DNA of 62,447 bases, from contig CALKJQ010000054.1 in the NCBI GenBank assembly GCA_937995785.1, positions 1-62,447 of the forward strand. The letters run 5' to 3'. This stretch comes from Candidatus Kapaibacterium sp. (lineage in GTDB: Bacteria; Bacteroidota; Ignavibacteria; Kapaibacteriales; UBA2268). Of this stretch, positions 17,396 to 26,115 are shown in pieces (position 1 is the stretch's first letter; every line of letters begins with the position of its first letter). A program made the position numbers and the translations under genes. The notes below the pieces were generated by a model. It was not told where the DNA came from, searched no databases, and was given only the letters and a program-made list of their open reading frames with translations.

Positions 17396-18403
17396 TCAAA
17401 ATCTAACAAAACCAACCTTTTTATAAACTTTGTCTAATGTTTTTCTTGCAACTCTGCGTGCTTGTTCAGCACCTTGAGTTAATATATCCTGAAGACGTTT
17501 TTTATCTTTTAATATTTCAAAATAATTATCTCTTAGTGGGGCAATCCAATTGGCAACTGATATGCCCACTGCAAGTTTAAAATCTCCGTAGCCCTTGCCT
17601 TCGAACTCGTTTTCGATCTCGGCAAAACTTCGACCGGTTGCCAGGTGATACAAAGTCATTAAATTGGAAACACCGGGTTTGTTCGCCTCGTCGTATTTAA
17701 TTAAAGCATCGGAATCCGTTACGGCACGTTTAATTTTATTGACGATCACCTCGTTCGAATCACTCAAAAATATTGATGCATTCATATTAGGGTCGCTTTT
17801 CGACATCTTAGTGGTTGGCTCTTGCAAACTCATAATGCGAGAACCAATTTTGGAAATATAGGGTTCGGGCACTTTAAAAGTTTCGGAATAATAATGATTG
17901 AATCTTTGGGCTAAATTACGCGTCAATTCTAAGTGCTGTTTTTGGTCGTCGCCAACCGGGACTAAATCTGCTTGATACAACAAAATGTCGGCAGCCATCA
18001 GAACGGGATAAGTGAAGAGTCCGGCATTAATGTTCTCGGGGTGCTTTTCGCTTTTGTCTTTGAATTGGGTCATTCGGCTTAGCTCGCCAAAACCGGTGTA
18101 GGTGCTCAACACCCAAGCGAGTTCTGCGTGTTCGGGGACTTGGGATTGGACAAACAAAGTGCTCGTTTCGGGATTGATGCCCGCAGCAATAAAAAGTGCG
18201 GCTGTTTCGATAGTTCGTTGTCTCAATTCTGCGGGCACTTGTCGGAGCGTTATCGAATGTAAATCGGCAATCATATAGTAACAACGAAAATCATTTTGCA
18301 AGTCAACCCAATTTTTTAAGGCTCCTGCCAAATGACCTATTGTTAGAACCCCCGAAGGCTGAATGCCGCTTAGTATTACTTTTTGTTTAGTAGTTTCATC
18401 CAT
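17396..18403 (-). CDS. trpS: tryptophan--tRNA ligase
   Basis: SGIQPSGVLTIGHLAGAL (HIGH-type motif), TKMSKSD (KMSKS motif), and VPVGDDQKQHLELTR. Confidence 0.95.
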   Translation of the reverse strand: MDETTKQKVILSGIQPSGVLTIGHLAGALKNWVDLQNDFRCYYMIADLHSITLRQVPAELRQRTIETAALFIAAGINPETSTLFVQSQVPEHAELAWVLSTYTGFGELSRMTQFKDKSEKHPENINAGLFTYPVLMAADILLYQADLVPVGDDQKQHLELTRNLAQRFNHYYSETFKVPEPYISKIGSRIMSLQEPTTKMSKSDPNMNASIFLSDSNEVIVNKIKRAVTDSDALIKYDEANKPGVSNLMTLYHLATGRSFAEIENEFEGKGYGDFKLAVGISVANWIAPLRDNYFEILKDKKRLQDILTQGAEQARRVARKTLDKVYKKVGFVRF

Positions 18404-18473
18404 AAATATATGTGGTAATTACAATTATTTTAAGGTTTTTTAGTTAATATTAAATTAAAATTCAAGAAAATAT

Positions 18474-18481
18474 TATTTTTG
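18474..18481 (+). promoter_or_regulatory. Bacteroidota-type -7 promoter box (TATTTTTG) upstream of thyX
   Basis: TATTTTTG lies 46 nt upstream of ATG 18527. It overlaps the tracked TTG start at 18479, which argues against that start. Confidence 0.35.
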
Positions 18482-18526
18482 AAAAATAACAAATTCAAAA
18501 TTACTAAATACTTAAGATATGATATT

Positions 18527-19381
18527 ATGAGTTTAGAGGAAAAACACAATTTAATTGGTAAGGAAATAAAATGTTTAGACCACGGATTTGTTCGATTGGT
18601 CGATTTTATGGGCGATGATAGTTCGATAGTGCAATCGGCAAGAGTGAGTTATGGCAAAGGGACCAAATCCGTTAGGGAAGATACAACACTAATCCGTTAC
18701 CTAATGCGCCACCAACATACCTCGCCATTCGAAATGGTTGAGCTTAAATTCCACATTCGCCTTCCTATTTTCGTCGCAAGGCAATGGGTGCGGCACAGAA
18801 CTGCTAACATAAACGAATACAGCGGACGATATTCCGAAATGACCGACGACTTCTATGTGCCCGAACAAAGCCAAATACGCACACAGGACGAGGTGAACAA
18901 ACAAGGACGCAGTGATAAACAAATTGATGATTCGATAGCCAAAGATATTCTCGATTCGATGGAACAACACCAAAAACAAAGTTATAACGAATATCTTGGT
19001 TATTTGGATAAAGGATTGGCACGCGAAATTGCCCGTATCAACTTACCTTTATCGAGTTATACCGAATGGTATTGGAAAATTGATTTGCATAATTTATTCC
19101 GTTTTCTAAAACTTAGGATGGATTGGCACGCTCAATACGAAATTCGAGTTTATGCCGAAGCAATTGCGGGTATTGTTAGAGAATTATATCCTATCTCATA
19201 CCAAGCCTTTTCGGATTATATTTTAAATTCTGTAACATTCTCTTATGCTGAGTTGTCTAAACTGAAGGAATTGTTCAAAAATGTAAAAATCGAAGATCTC
19301 GAAGATACAGATCCGAATTTCTCTAAATTCGAAAAAATTGAACTACAAAAAAAGATTGAATTTATCAACAAAATAGACTAA
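18527..19381 (+). CDS. thyX: FAD-dependent thymidylate synthase ThyX
   Basis: ThyX signature RHRTANINEYSGRY (RHR-x7-S), with HTSPFE and EWYWKIDLHN conserved blocks. Confidence 0.92.
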   Translation: MSLEEKHNLIGKEIKCLDHGFVRLVDFMGDDSSIVQSARVSYGKGTKSVREDTTLIRYLMRHQHTSPFEMVELKFHIRLPIFVARQWVRHRTANINEYSGRYSEMTDDFYVPEQSQIRTQDEVNKQGRSDKQIDDSIAKDILDSMEQHQKQSYNEYLGYLDKGLAREIARINLPLSSYTEWYWKIDLHNLFRFLKLRMDWHAQYEIRVYAEAIAGIVRELYPISYQAFSDYILNSVTFSYAELSKLKELFKNVKIEDLEDTDPNFSKFEKIELQKKIEFINKID

Positions 19382-19398
19382 TTTTCTACAAAATATTT

Positions 19399-20259
19399 AT
19401 GGCTATGAAAAAAATAATAATTGCACTACTACTGCTTATTTTTGCATCTACTCCAATGATTTCGCAAAAAAAGAAATCCAATAAATCAAAACCCCAAGAT
19501 AAACCTGCGGAAGTTGTTCAAAAACAAGAAAATACTTTGGATAGCTTGCTTAGTTTGTACTTCCAAAAAAACAAGCTCGATAAATTCGGTGAGATTAAAA
19601 CTATCGAAATCGAAGGTGAAATGGAGGTGTTGAACAACATTTATGCCTTTCGTTTGCAACATAAACCACCTCACTTCTTTCGCGTTAAAGAACGCTTCCA
19701 AAATCAATGGGTTTATCGTATCCTAAATGGCAAAGAAATGAAAGTAATTACTAAAAATGGTATAATCGACATTTCCCAACAAGAATTGGACGTTACCTAT
19801 AATTTGATATCTTTTTTAAAAGGCTTTATAACTGATTACAAAAAGAATGGTTTTGAACTAAAATACATTGGTTTGGATACAATTAGCCATACCCCCGAAC
19901 CATCGTCCGACCCTGCACGCCCAGTTATCACTATTCCGATCCCCAAGATACCCAAGGGGCTTCACCACATTATACAGATAACAACACCAATGAACGAAAC
20001 CAACAAAGTTTATATTAACAAAGACAACTTGAACATAACTCTATCGACAGAAAATCCATTTATGTTTGCCAAAATAGGATCCGTCAAATTCGATTTATAC
20101 GAAGATGTGGAAGGCTATATTTTCCCGAAACGCATCGAAATGATAAGTCAAGTTTTTCCGGCAATATTCAGAATCCAACAAATCACATTGAACAAAGAAT
20201 TTCCGGATAGTTATTTTCAAATAGATTCGCCCGAAAACAAGTGGGTAGAGGACGAATAA
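19399..20259 (+). CDS. hypothetical secreted protein
   Basis: Signal peptide (KKIIIALLLLIFASTPMISQ) followed by a Lys/Pro-rich linker. I recognise no family. The gene starts 18 bp after thyX. Confidence 0.6.
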   Translation: MAMKKIIIALLLLIFASTPMISQKKKSNKSKPQDKPAEVVQKQENTLDSLLSLYFQKNKLDKFGEIKTIEIEGEMEVLNNIYAFRLQHKPPHFFRVKERFQNQWVYRILNGKEMKVITKNGIIDISQQELDVTYNLISFLKGFITDYKKNGFELKYIGLDTISHTPEPSSDPARPVITIPIPKIPKGLHHIIQITTPMNETNKVYINKDNLNITLSTENPFMFAKIGSVKFDLYEDVEGYIFPKRIEMISQVFPAIFRIQQITLNKEFPDSYFQIDSPENKWVEDE

Positions 20260-20380
20260 ATTCCACACAACTAATTATTTTCTAATCTATTGAATATTTT
20301 CGGTTTTCTTGCGTCTTATTTAAAACTTTTTTTTAATTTTACGAACAATAAATTTAGATTAATTAATTGGAGCAACATAA

Positions 20381-22099
20381 ATGTTAGTAGACATTGTTAT
20401 GCCCAAAATGGGCGAATCTCTTCAGGAAGGAACAATCATCCGTTGGACAAAAAAAGTTGGCGATAAGGTTGAACGCGACGAAACTATACTGGAAATTTCA
20501 ACCGACAAAGTAGATACCGAAGTTCCTTCGCCCGTCGCAGGAATAATTAAATCATTACTGTTTGGTGAAAACGAAACGGTTGCAGTAGGAACAAAAATTG
20601 CAGAAATTGAAACAGATGCCGACTCGGTCTCTCAGCCCACCTACGCACCTATTATGGCAGAACAAAAATCTGAGATTACTAAACCTTCCCCAGCCGACAC
20701 TAAACCCGAAACAATCGAGGTATCTGGCAACTTAGTGGACGTTATTATGCCCAAAATGGGCGAATCTCTTCAGGAAGGAACAATTATCCGTTGGACTAAA
20801 AAAGTAGGCGATAAAGTAGAACGCGACGAAACCATTTTGGAAATATCTACCGACAAAGTAGATACCGAAGTACCCTCGCCAGTCGAAGGAATTGTTGCCG
20901 AAATTCTTGCTGCCGAAAATCAAACTGTAGAAGTTGGTAAAGTTATTGCAAGAATTGTCACAGGAGGCGAAGCAAAAGTTTCTGCCCCACCTCAAACAGC
21001 GACAGCAGAGCAAAAACTTGTCGTTTCTGAATCCCCCAAACCAACAGAACCCATTGCAATTAAAGAACAACCTATTGTTGCAGGTTCGACATTCGAAATT
21101 CCAACACGCGATGGCGATAAGTTCTACTCACCCTTAGTTCGTGAAATTGCAACACAAAACAAAGTTTCATTGGAAGAATTACGAGCTATAGTAGGAACTG
21201 GTGCAGACGGTCGTATAACTAAAGATGATATACTGAAATATATCGATAACAGAAAATCTCGACCAACGCCACAAGTTGCAGATTTATCAGCCAAGCCTTC
21301 TGCTCCTCAAATTGTTGCACCAACTCCTGTTGCATCAGTAACTACGTCCCACGATGGCGAAATCAATCCAATATTCCGTTCTGCAGGCGAATATGATGTA
21401 GTGCCTATGGATAGAGTTCGTCAACTTATTGCAGAACATATGACAAGAAGTAAAGCAACATCTGCCCACGTAACCAGCGTTGCCGAAGCCGATGTTACAG
21501 ATATCGTTAAATTCCGCGAAAAATTCAAAGATGAGTATTACCGCAAAGAAGGTTTTAAACTAACCTACACGCCATTTTTTGCATTAGCAGCTGTCGAAGG
21601 TATAAAACAATTCCCAGGCGTCAACGTAGGAGTTGACGGAAACAAAATAATCAAGTTCAAGCACATCAATTTAAGTATTGCAACTGCATTGGATGATGGC
21701 AATCTGATAGTTCCCGTTATCAAAAAAGCCGAAGAAATGAACATTACTGGCATTGCCCGTCAAATCTATGACCTTGCCACAAGAGCAAGAAACAAGAAAT
21801 TGAATCCCGACGATATTCAGGGGGGAACTTTCTCGGTTACTAATGTTGGCACATTTGGAACACTCTTCGGGACTCCCGTGATAAACCAACCCCAAACTGC
21901 AATTATGGGAATTGGTGCAATACAGAAGCGTCCCGTTGTTAAAGAAATTATGGGGAATGATATGATTTTGGTTCGCCATATGGCTTATGTATCGCTAACC
22001 TACGACCACAGAGTAATCGATGGAATGCTTGCAGGTCAATGTTTGGCGGCTATAGTTAAGTCGCTCGAAAATATGAACGAAAACACAATAAAAATCTAA
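20381..22099 (+). CDS. 2-oxoacid dehydrogenase E2 component (dihydrolipoamide acyltransferase) with two lipoyl domains
   Basis: Two lipoyl domains (EISTDKVDTEV lipoyl-Lys context, twice), an E3-binding domain (SPLVREIATQNKVSLEELRAIVGTGADGRITKDDI), and a catalytic domain with DHRVIDG. Confidence 0.92.
   Translation: MLVDIVMPKMGESLQEGTIIRWTKKVGDKVERDETILEISTDKVDTEVPSPVAGIIKSLLFGENETVAVGTKIAEIETDADSVSQPTYAPIMAEQKSEITKPSPADTKPETIEVSGNLVDVIMPKMGESLQEGTIIRWTKKVGDKVERDETILEISTDKVDTEVPSPVEGIVAEILAAENQTVEVGKVIARIVTGGEAKVSAPPQTATAEQKLVVSESPKPTEPIAIKEQPIVAGSTFEIPTRDGDKFYSPLVREIATQNKVSLEELRAIVGTGADGRITKDDILKYIDNRKSRPTPQVADLSAKPSAPQIVAPTPVASVTTSHDGEINPIFRSAGEYDVVPMDRVRQLIAEHMTRSKATSAHVTSVAEADVTDIVKFREKFKDEYYRKEGFKLTYTPFFALAAVEGIKQFPGVNVGVDGNKIIKFKHINLSIATALDDGNLIVPVIKKAEEMNITGIARQIYDLATRARNKKLNPDDIQGGTFSVTNVGTFGTLFGTPVINQPQTAIMGIGAIQKRPVVKEIMGNDMILVRHMAYVSLTYDHRVIDGMLAGQCLAAIVKSLENMNENTIKI
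20384..20545 (+). repeat. lipoyl-domain repeat, copy 1 (intragenic tandem duplication, period 348 bp)
   Basis: The 46-aa core MPKMGESLQEGTIIRWTKKVGDKVERDETILEISTDKVDTEVPSPV is identical to copy 2. At nucleotide level there are 13 differences in 138 nt, all synonymous. Confidence 0.95.
20732..20893 (+). repeat. lipoyl-domain repeat, copy 2
   Basis: See copy 1. The first 36 nt of the core (ATGCCCAAAATGGGCGAATCTCTTCAGGAAGGAACA) are identical in both copies. Confidence 0.95.
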
Positions 22100-22119
22100 T
22101 TACTAAAAATTAAATTCTG

Positions 22120-22157
22120 AATAATCCAGCAATTTTGTTTGCTGGATTATTTTTTTT
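22120..22157. terminator. bidirectional rho-independent terminator between the E2 gene and the feo operon
   Basis: ATAATCCAGCA (22121-22131) pairs with TGCTGGATTAT (22140-22150), followed by T7 and preceded by an A-rich stretch. It sits between convergent genes. Confidence 0.75.
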
Positions 22158-22160
22158 GTG

Positions 22161-22364
22161 TTACATTTTTTCTATATTTTTAATTTGTTGAAATGGAGTG
22201 GAACAACTTGCCCCATTTTTAGTTAAACCACATCCGGAACAACCATTGCAAACTGATGTTTGGTTAGTTTCAACTTTTGTTAGTTTTCGAACTTTTTTAA
22301 TTGTAGCAATTATTGTAAATAAAATTGCCAATGAAACTATTATATATACGATAATATCTTGCAT
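22161..22364 (-). CDS. FeoB-associated Cys-rich membrane protein
   Basis: 67 aa, with one N-terminal TM helix (IIVYIIVSLAILFTIIATI) and then CNGCSGCG...C. It lies immediately downstream of feoB, which is the typical context for this mini-protein family. Confidence 0.75.
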   Translation of the reverse strand: MQDIIVYIIVSLAILFTIIATIKKVRKLTKVETNQTSVCNGCSGCGLTKNGASCSTPFQQIKNIEKM

Positions 22365-22378
22365 ATTTCAATAAATTT

Positions 22379-24871
22379 TTAAATGAATAATTTTCCAATT
22401 TGGTAAACTATTAATGAAACAAAATAAGCTAATCCAGTGGTGTATGCCATCGTGAATACAGCCCATTTCCAGTTTGCTTCGCGATTAATTGCCGCAATAA
22501 CTGCAACACAGGGAAAATATATAAGTATGAACAACATAAGGGAATAGGCGACTAAGGGATTGAACACTAATTCTCCCTTATGTTTGCCAACAGAATGAGT
22601 TTGTTCGCGTAATTTCTTTTGCAAATTAAACGTGTTATCATCTTCGATGTTGGAATGATACAACACACCCATAGTGCTAACTATAATTTCTTTGGCAGCT
22701 AAGCCCGTTATTATACTAACGCCAATTTTCCAATCCCAACCCATTGGCTCAATTGCTGGTTGAATAAAATGACCTAATTGTCCAATGAAGGATTTTTCCA
22801 TTCTTTCTGTATCTTTATCTAATTGAATATTTTGGATTATTTTAGATTTTTCATCAATACTTAATTTCGCATCTTTTTCGATTAGATTGATTTGCTTATC
22901 GTAATCGACGGAGTAATTCACATTTCGCGGGAAATAACCCAAAGCCCATATAATTATTGATGCTACTAAAATAAAAGTTCCCATTTTCTTTAAATATTGC
23001 ACTGCTTTGTCCCACATATGAATACTTACGTTGCGAATAGTTGGGATTCGGTAAGGTGGCAATTCCATAACGAAAGGTTGGTCTTGACCTTTGAATAATA
23101 AATTTTTAAATATTATTGCAACAACGACAGCCAACATAATACCAATAATATAAATTGATAAAAGAACCAAACCTTGGTAGGCGACAAAAAAAGCGGATAT
23201 AAACAAAACATAAACGGGCAATCGAGCACTGCACGACATAAACGGAATTATTAGCATCGTAAGTATTCTATCCTTGCGGCTTTCTAAAGTTCGAGTTGCC
23301 ATAACAGCTGGTACGTTGCAGCCAAAGCCCATAAGTAGAGGAATAAAAGATTTGCCGTGCAAACCAATCTTGTGCATCAAGCGGTCCATCAAAAATGCAG
23401 CTCGTGCCATATAACCCGTATCTTCCATAAAGGATATGAAGAAAAACAAGATTAATATGTTGGGCAGAAACACAATCACAGCACCAACTCCACCCACAAT
23501 TCCATCGACCAATAAATCGCGAAATGCTCCTTCTTGCAACAAATTGCTGAGAAAATTGGAAAGTAGGCTAACACCTTGGTCTATTGCTTCCATTGGATAG
23601 CTACCCAACGAGAAGGTGGTTTGGAAAGTTAACCACATAAAGAAAAGAAAAATAGGAAAGCCCCAAAATTTGTGAGTTAAAATGTTATCTATCCAATAAG
23701 GATTAGTTATGATTTTGTTAGTTTTTTCGATTGTTTCGTGCAATGCTCCGCGGATAAAACCATATCTGTGGTTTGCGAACAGAGTTTCGATATCTTCGCC
23801 GTAATGTTTGGTGATTTTGTTTCGCTCACGGTTGATTATTGTTATTAATTCATCAGGAACCGAAGAAATTACTTGAGAAATTACTTTTGTGTTGTCTTCC
23901 AAAAGTTTTATAGCCAAAAATCTATTTGGATAAAGTGTTTTATTTATTTTCGAAGTTTTCAAATAATTTTCAATAACACTTATAGATTCCTCGATATCGT
24001 TGTTGAATATAATATTAATATTTCTCGAAAAGGGATTTTTTCCTCGAAACACTTCGACCACAGTTTGGAAAAGTTCGTCCAACCCCTTTCCACGATTGCC
24101 AATAGTTGGGACAATTGGAATGCCAATCATTTCGGATAGGTGTTGATAATTGAATTTAATGTTATTTTTTTCTAATTCGTCGAACATATTCAACGCCACA
24201 ACAACGGGTTGATTCATCTCGATTAATTGTGTAGTTAGGTATAAATTTCGTTCTATATTTGTAGCATCCACAATATTCACAATCACATCGGGTTTGTTGT
24301 TGAAAATAAATTCACGAACATAAGTTTCCTCGGCAGAATAATCCGAAAGCGAATACGTGCCTGGTAAGTCTGTTATTTCCAAGTTGTAGGTGTTCCAATC
24401 AATTTTTGCAGTTTTAATATCGACCGTAACTCCGCCGTAGTTCCCAACTTTTTCTTTTCGTCCGGTAATAAAATTAAATATCGATGTTTTGCCACTATTT
24501 GGATTTCCAACCAAAGCGATTTTTATTTCATTTTTATTAAGATTTGAATTGTGAGAGCTCTGGATTTCGACTATTTCGCTAAAATTTATTTCTTCTTGTT
24601 TTACGTTATCGGGCGAGGTAACCTCGATTAATTTTGCTTCCCTTCGCCTTAATGATACGTGATATCCCATCAATTCGTATTCAATAGGATCGTGAAGAGG
24701 TGCTTTTTTTATAACTTTAATCTCTGTTCCAGCCACGAAACCCATTTCCAGAATTCGTTTGCGAAAGTCCGATTTCCCATGCACTTTTATTATCAGAGCG
24801 GTTTCGCCTTCGCGTAGCTCATTAAGAGTTTTTATGTTATTTTCGTCATATAAATGAACTCGGTCGAACAT
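22379..24871 (-). CDS. feoB: ferrous iron transporter, FeoA-FeoB fusion
   Basis: N-terminal FeoA SH3-like domain (LREGETALIIKVHG...GTEIKVIKKAPLHDPIEY). The G domain has VGNPNSGKTSIFN and DLPGTYSL, followed by a polytopic membrane domain. Confidence 0.93.
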   Translation of the reverse strand: MFDRVHLYDENNIKTLNELREGETALIIKVHGKSDFRKRILEMGFVAGTEIKVIKKAPLHDPIEYELMGYHVSLRRREAKLIEVTSPDNVKQEEINFSEIVEIQSSHNSNLNKNEIKIALVGNPNSGKTSIFNFITGRKEKVGNYGGVTVDIKTAKIDWNTYNLEITDLPGTYSLSDYSAEETYVREFIFNNKPDVIVNIVDATNIERNLYLTTQLIEMNQPVVVALNMFDELEKNNIKFNYQHLSEMIGIPIVPTIGNRGKGLDELFQTVVEVFRGKNPFSRNINIIFNNDIEESISVIENYLKTSKINKTLYPNRFLAIKLLEDNTKVISQVISSVPDELITIINRERNKITKHYGEDIETLFANHRYGFIRGALHETIEKTNKIITNPYWIDNILTHKFWGFPIFLFFMWLTFQTTFSLGSYPMEAIDQGVSLLSNFLSNLLQEGAFRDLLVDGIVGGVGAVIVFLPNILILFFFISFMEDTGYMARAAFLMDRLMHKIGLHGKSFIPLLMGFGCNVPAVMATRTLESRKDRILTMLIIPFMSCSARLPVYVLFISAFFVAYQGLVLLSIYIIGIMLAVVVAIIFKNLLFKGQDQPFVMELPPYRIPTIRNVSIHMWDKAVQYLKKMGTFILVASIIIWALGYFPRNVNYSVDYDKQINLIEKDAKLSIDEKSKIIQNIQLDKDTERMEKSFIGQLGHFIQPAIEPMGWDWKIGVSIITGLAAKEIIVSTMGVLYHSNIEDDNTFNLQKKLREQTHSVGKHKGELVFNPLVAYSLMLFILIYFPCVAVIAAINREANWKWAVFTMAYTTGLAYFVSLIVYQIGKLFI

Positions 24872-26004
24872 CAGTATTCCAAAATAAATCTTAAAAATCC
24901 AACAAAGGCATTGTCTATTTTACCGTTCAAATTTCCGCCTGGATTTACGATATATTGAATATCGGGTTGGAACGACAGCACGCTGCAAAGTTTAAACTTA
25001 TAGAACATTTCGAATGCCAATTCGTAATTATAATTCGTCGTATTGAATTTTGAATAGGCTAATGCCATCCCAAAATACTCATCTTTTAATAACTTAAAAG
25101 GATTGACAACCAATCCACCAAAGCCGAAATACCAATTGTTGTCGGTTTCCTTTTTGCTTGGTGAATAAGTTATTTGAGTAAACAAGTTAATTTTAGTTTC
25201 ATTAAAATCCCAAATGTCGTTATCTATTATCAAATAATATCCATTTTTTTGGGAATAAGCATCATAAAAATCGCTTTCAGAATCTTTTATACCCGTGTGG
25301 TGGTAAAAACCCAATTTTATCTTTGTTGTTTTATCTTTAAATAAATTGGACGTAAGGGCAACTTCGTTGAAAAACTGAAAGCCGTGTTTATCATTGATGT
25401 GCCAATTGGTATTGTAGGGATTGTTTTCGAAACTTATTGGCAATCCGTCGTAGACAGAAGTTTTAATTGAAATGTCGTTTGTAACTTTATAATTGAAAAC
25501 AACTCCCATAGCTGTCAATGGATAAATTGGAGCAGGTATGCCGTGGGCGATTACCGAGGGTACGCCAAACGAACTATTTAAGAATGCAGAAGCATTTTCG
25601 CTAACCAAAAAGTCAACATTCAAGTCTTGCACACCAAATTTTAAACAAAAATCCGACATTTCTTGTTGATAATATAGCTCGTGTATGTAGATATGGTCGC
25701 CGGCATCGATATTGGAAGCAACCTGATAATCGCCGATTTTTGTCTCCGAAAAATTTCGTCCGTGAGTTACATTTCCCATTATAAATAGATTACCTCCATC
25801 CCACAAGCCTAATTTTTCTGTGGATAAATCCAACTTCATAGAACCTCTTCCCATCATCATAGCACCTTTTTCTTTGCCACCCGACAGCATTATCCCGGTT
25901 TCGTTTATGTATTGTGTGTATATGATTAATGGTTCATTTGTTTCGGCATACATAACATAACAAAAACCAATAAAAATAAAAATAACTATTAATTGTTTTC
26001 TCAT
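24871..26004 (-). CDS. OprB-family (carbohydrate-selective-type) outer-membrane porin
   Basis: Signal peptide; LWDGGNLF, GDYQVASNIDA, ELYYQQ and the C-terminal QPDIQYIVNPGG blocks typical of OprB porins; ends with an aromatic residue. Its TGA overlaps the feoAB ATG (ATGA at 24869-24873). Confidence 0.7.
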   Translation of the reverse strand: MRKQLIVIFIFIGFCYVMYAETNEPLIIYTQYINETGIMLSGGKEKGAMMMGRGSMKLDLSTEKLGLWDGGNLFIMGNVTHGRNFSETKIGDYQVASNIDAGDHIYIHELYYQQEMSDFCLKFGVQDLNVDFLVSENASAFLNSSFGVPSVIAHGIPAPIYPLTAMGVVFNYKVTNDISIKTSVYDGLPISFENNPYNTNWHINDKHGFQFFNEVALTSNLFKDKTTKIKLGFYHHTGIKDSESDFYDAYSQKNGYYLIIDNDIWDFNETKINLFTQITYSPSKKETDNNWYFGFGGLVVNPFKLLKDEYFGMALAYSKFNTTNYNYELAFEMFYKFKLCSVLSFQPDIQYIVNPGGNLNGKIDNAFVGFLRFILEY

Positions 26005-26115
26005 ATCCTATGTCCAAATTATCTCAATACAAAATTGGGAGAATTTTGCAAATAAAAACACCACTATATTTTGGTAATCTTGGTCGGATTAATAACCAAA
26101 AAAGGTGATAAGGGT

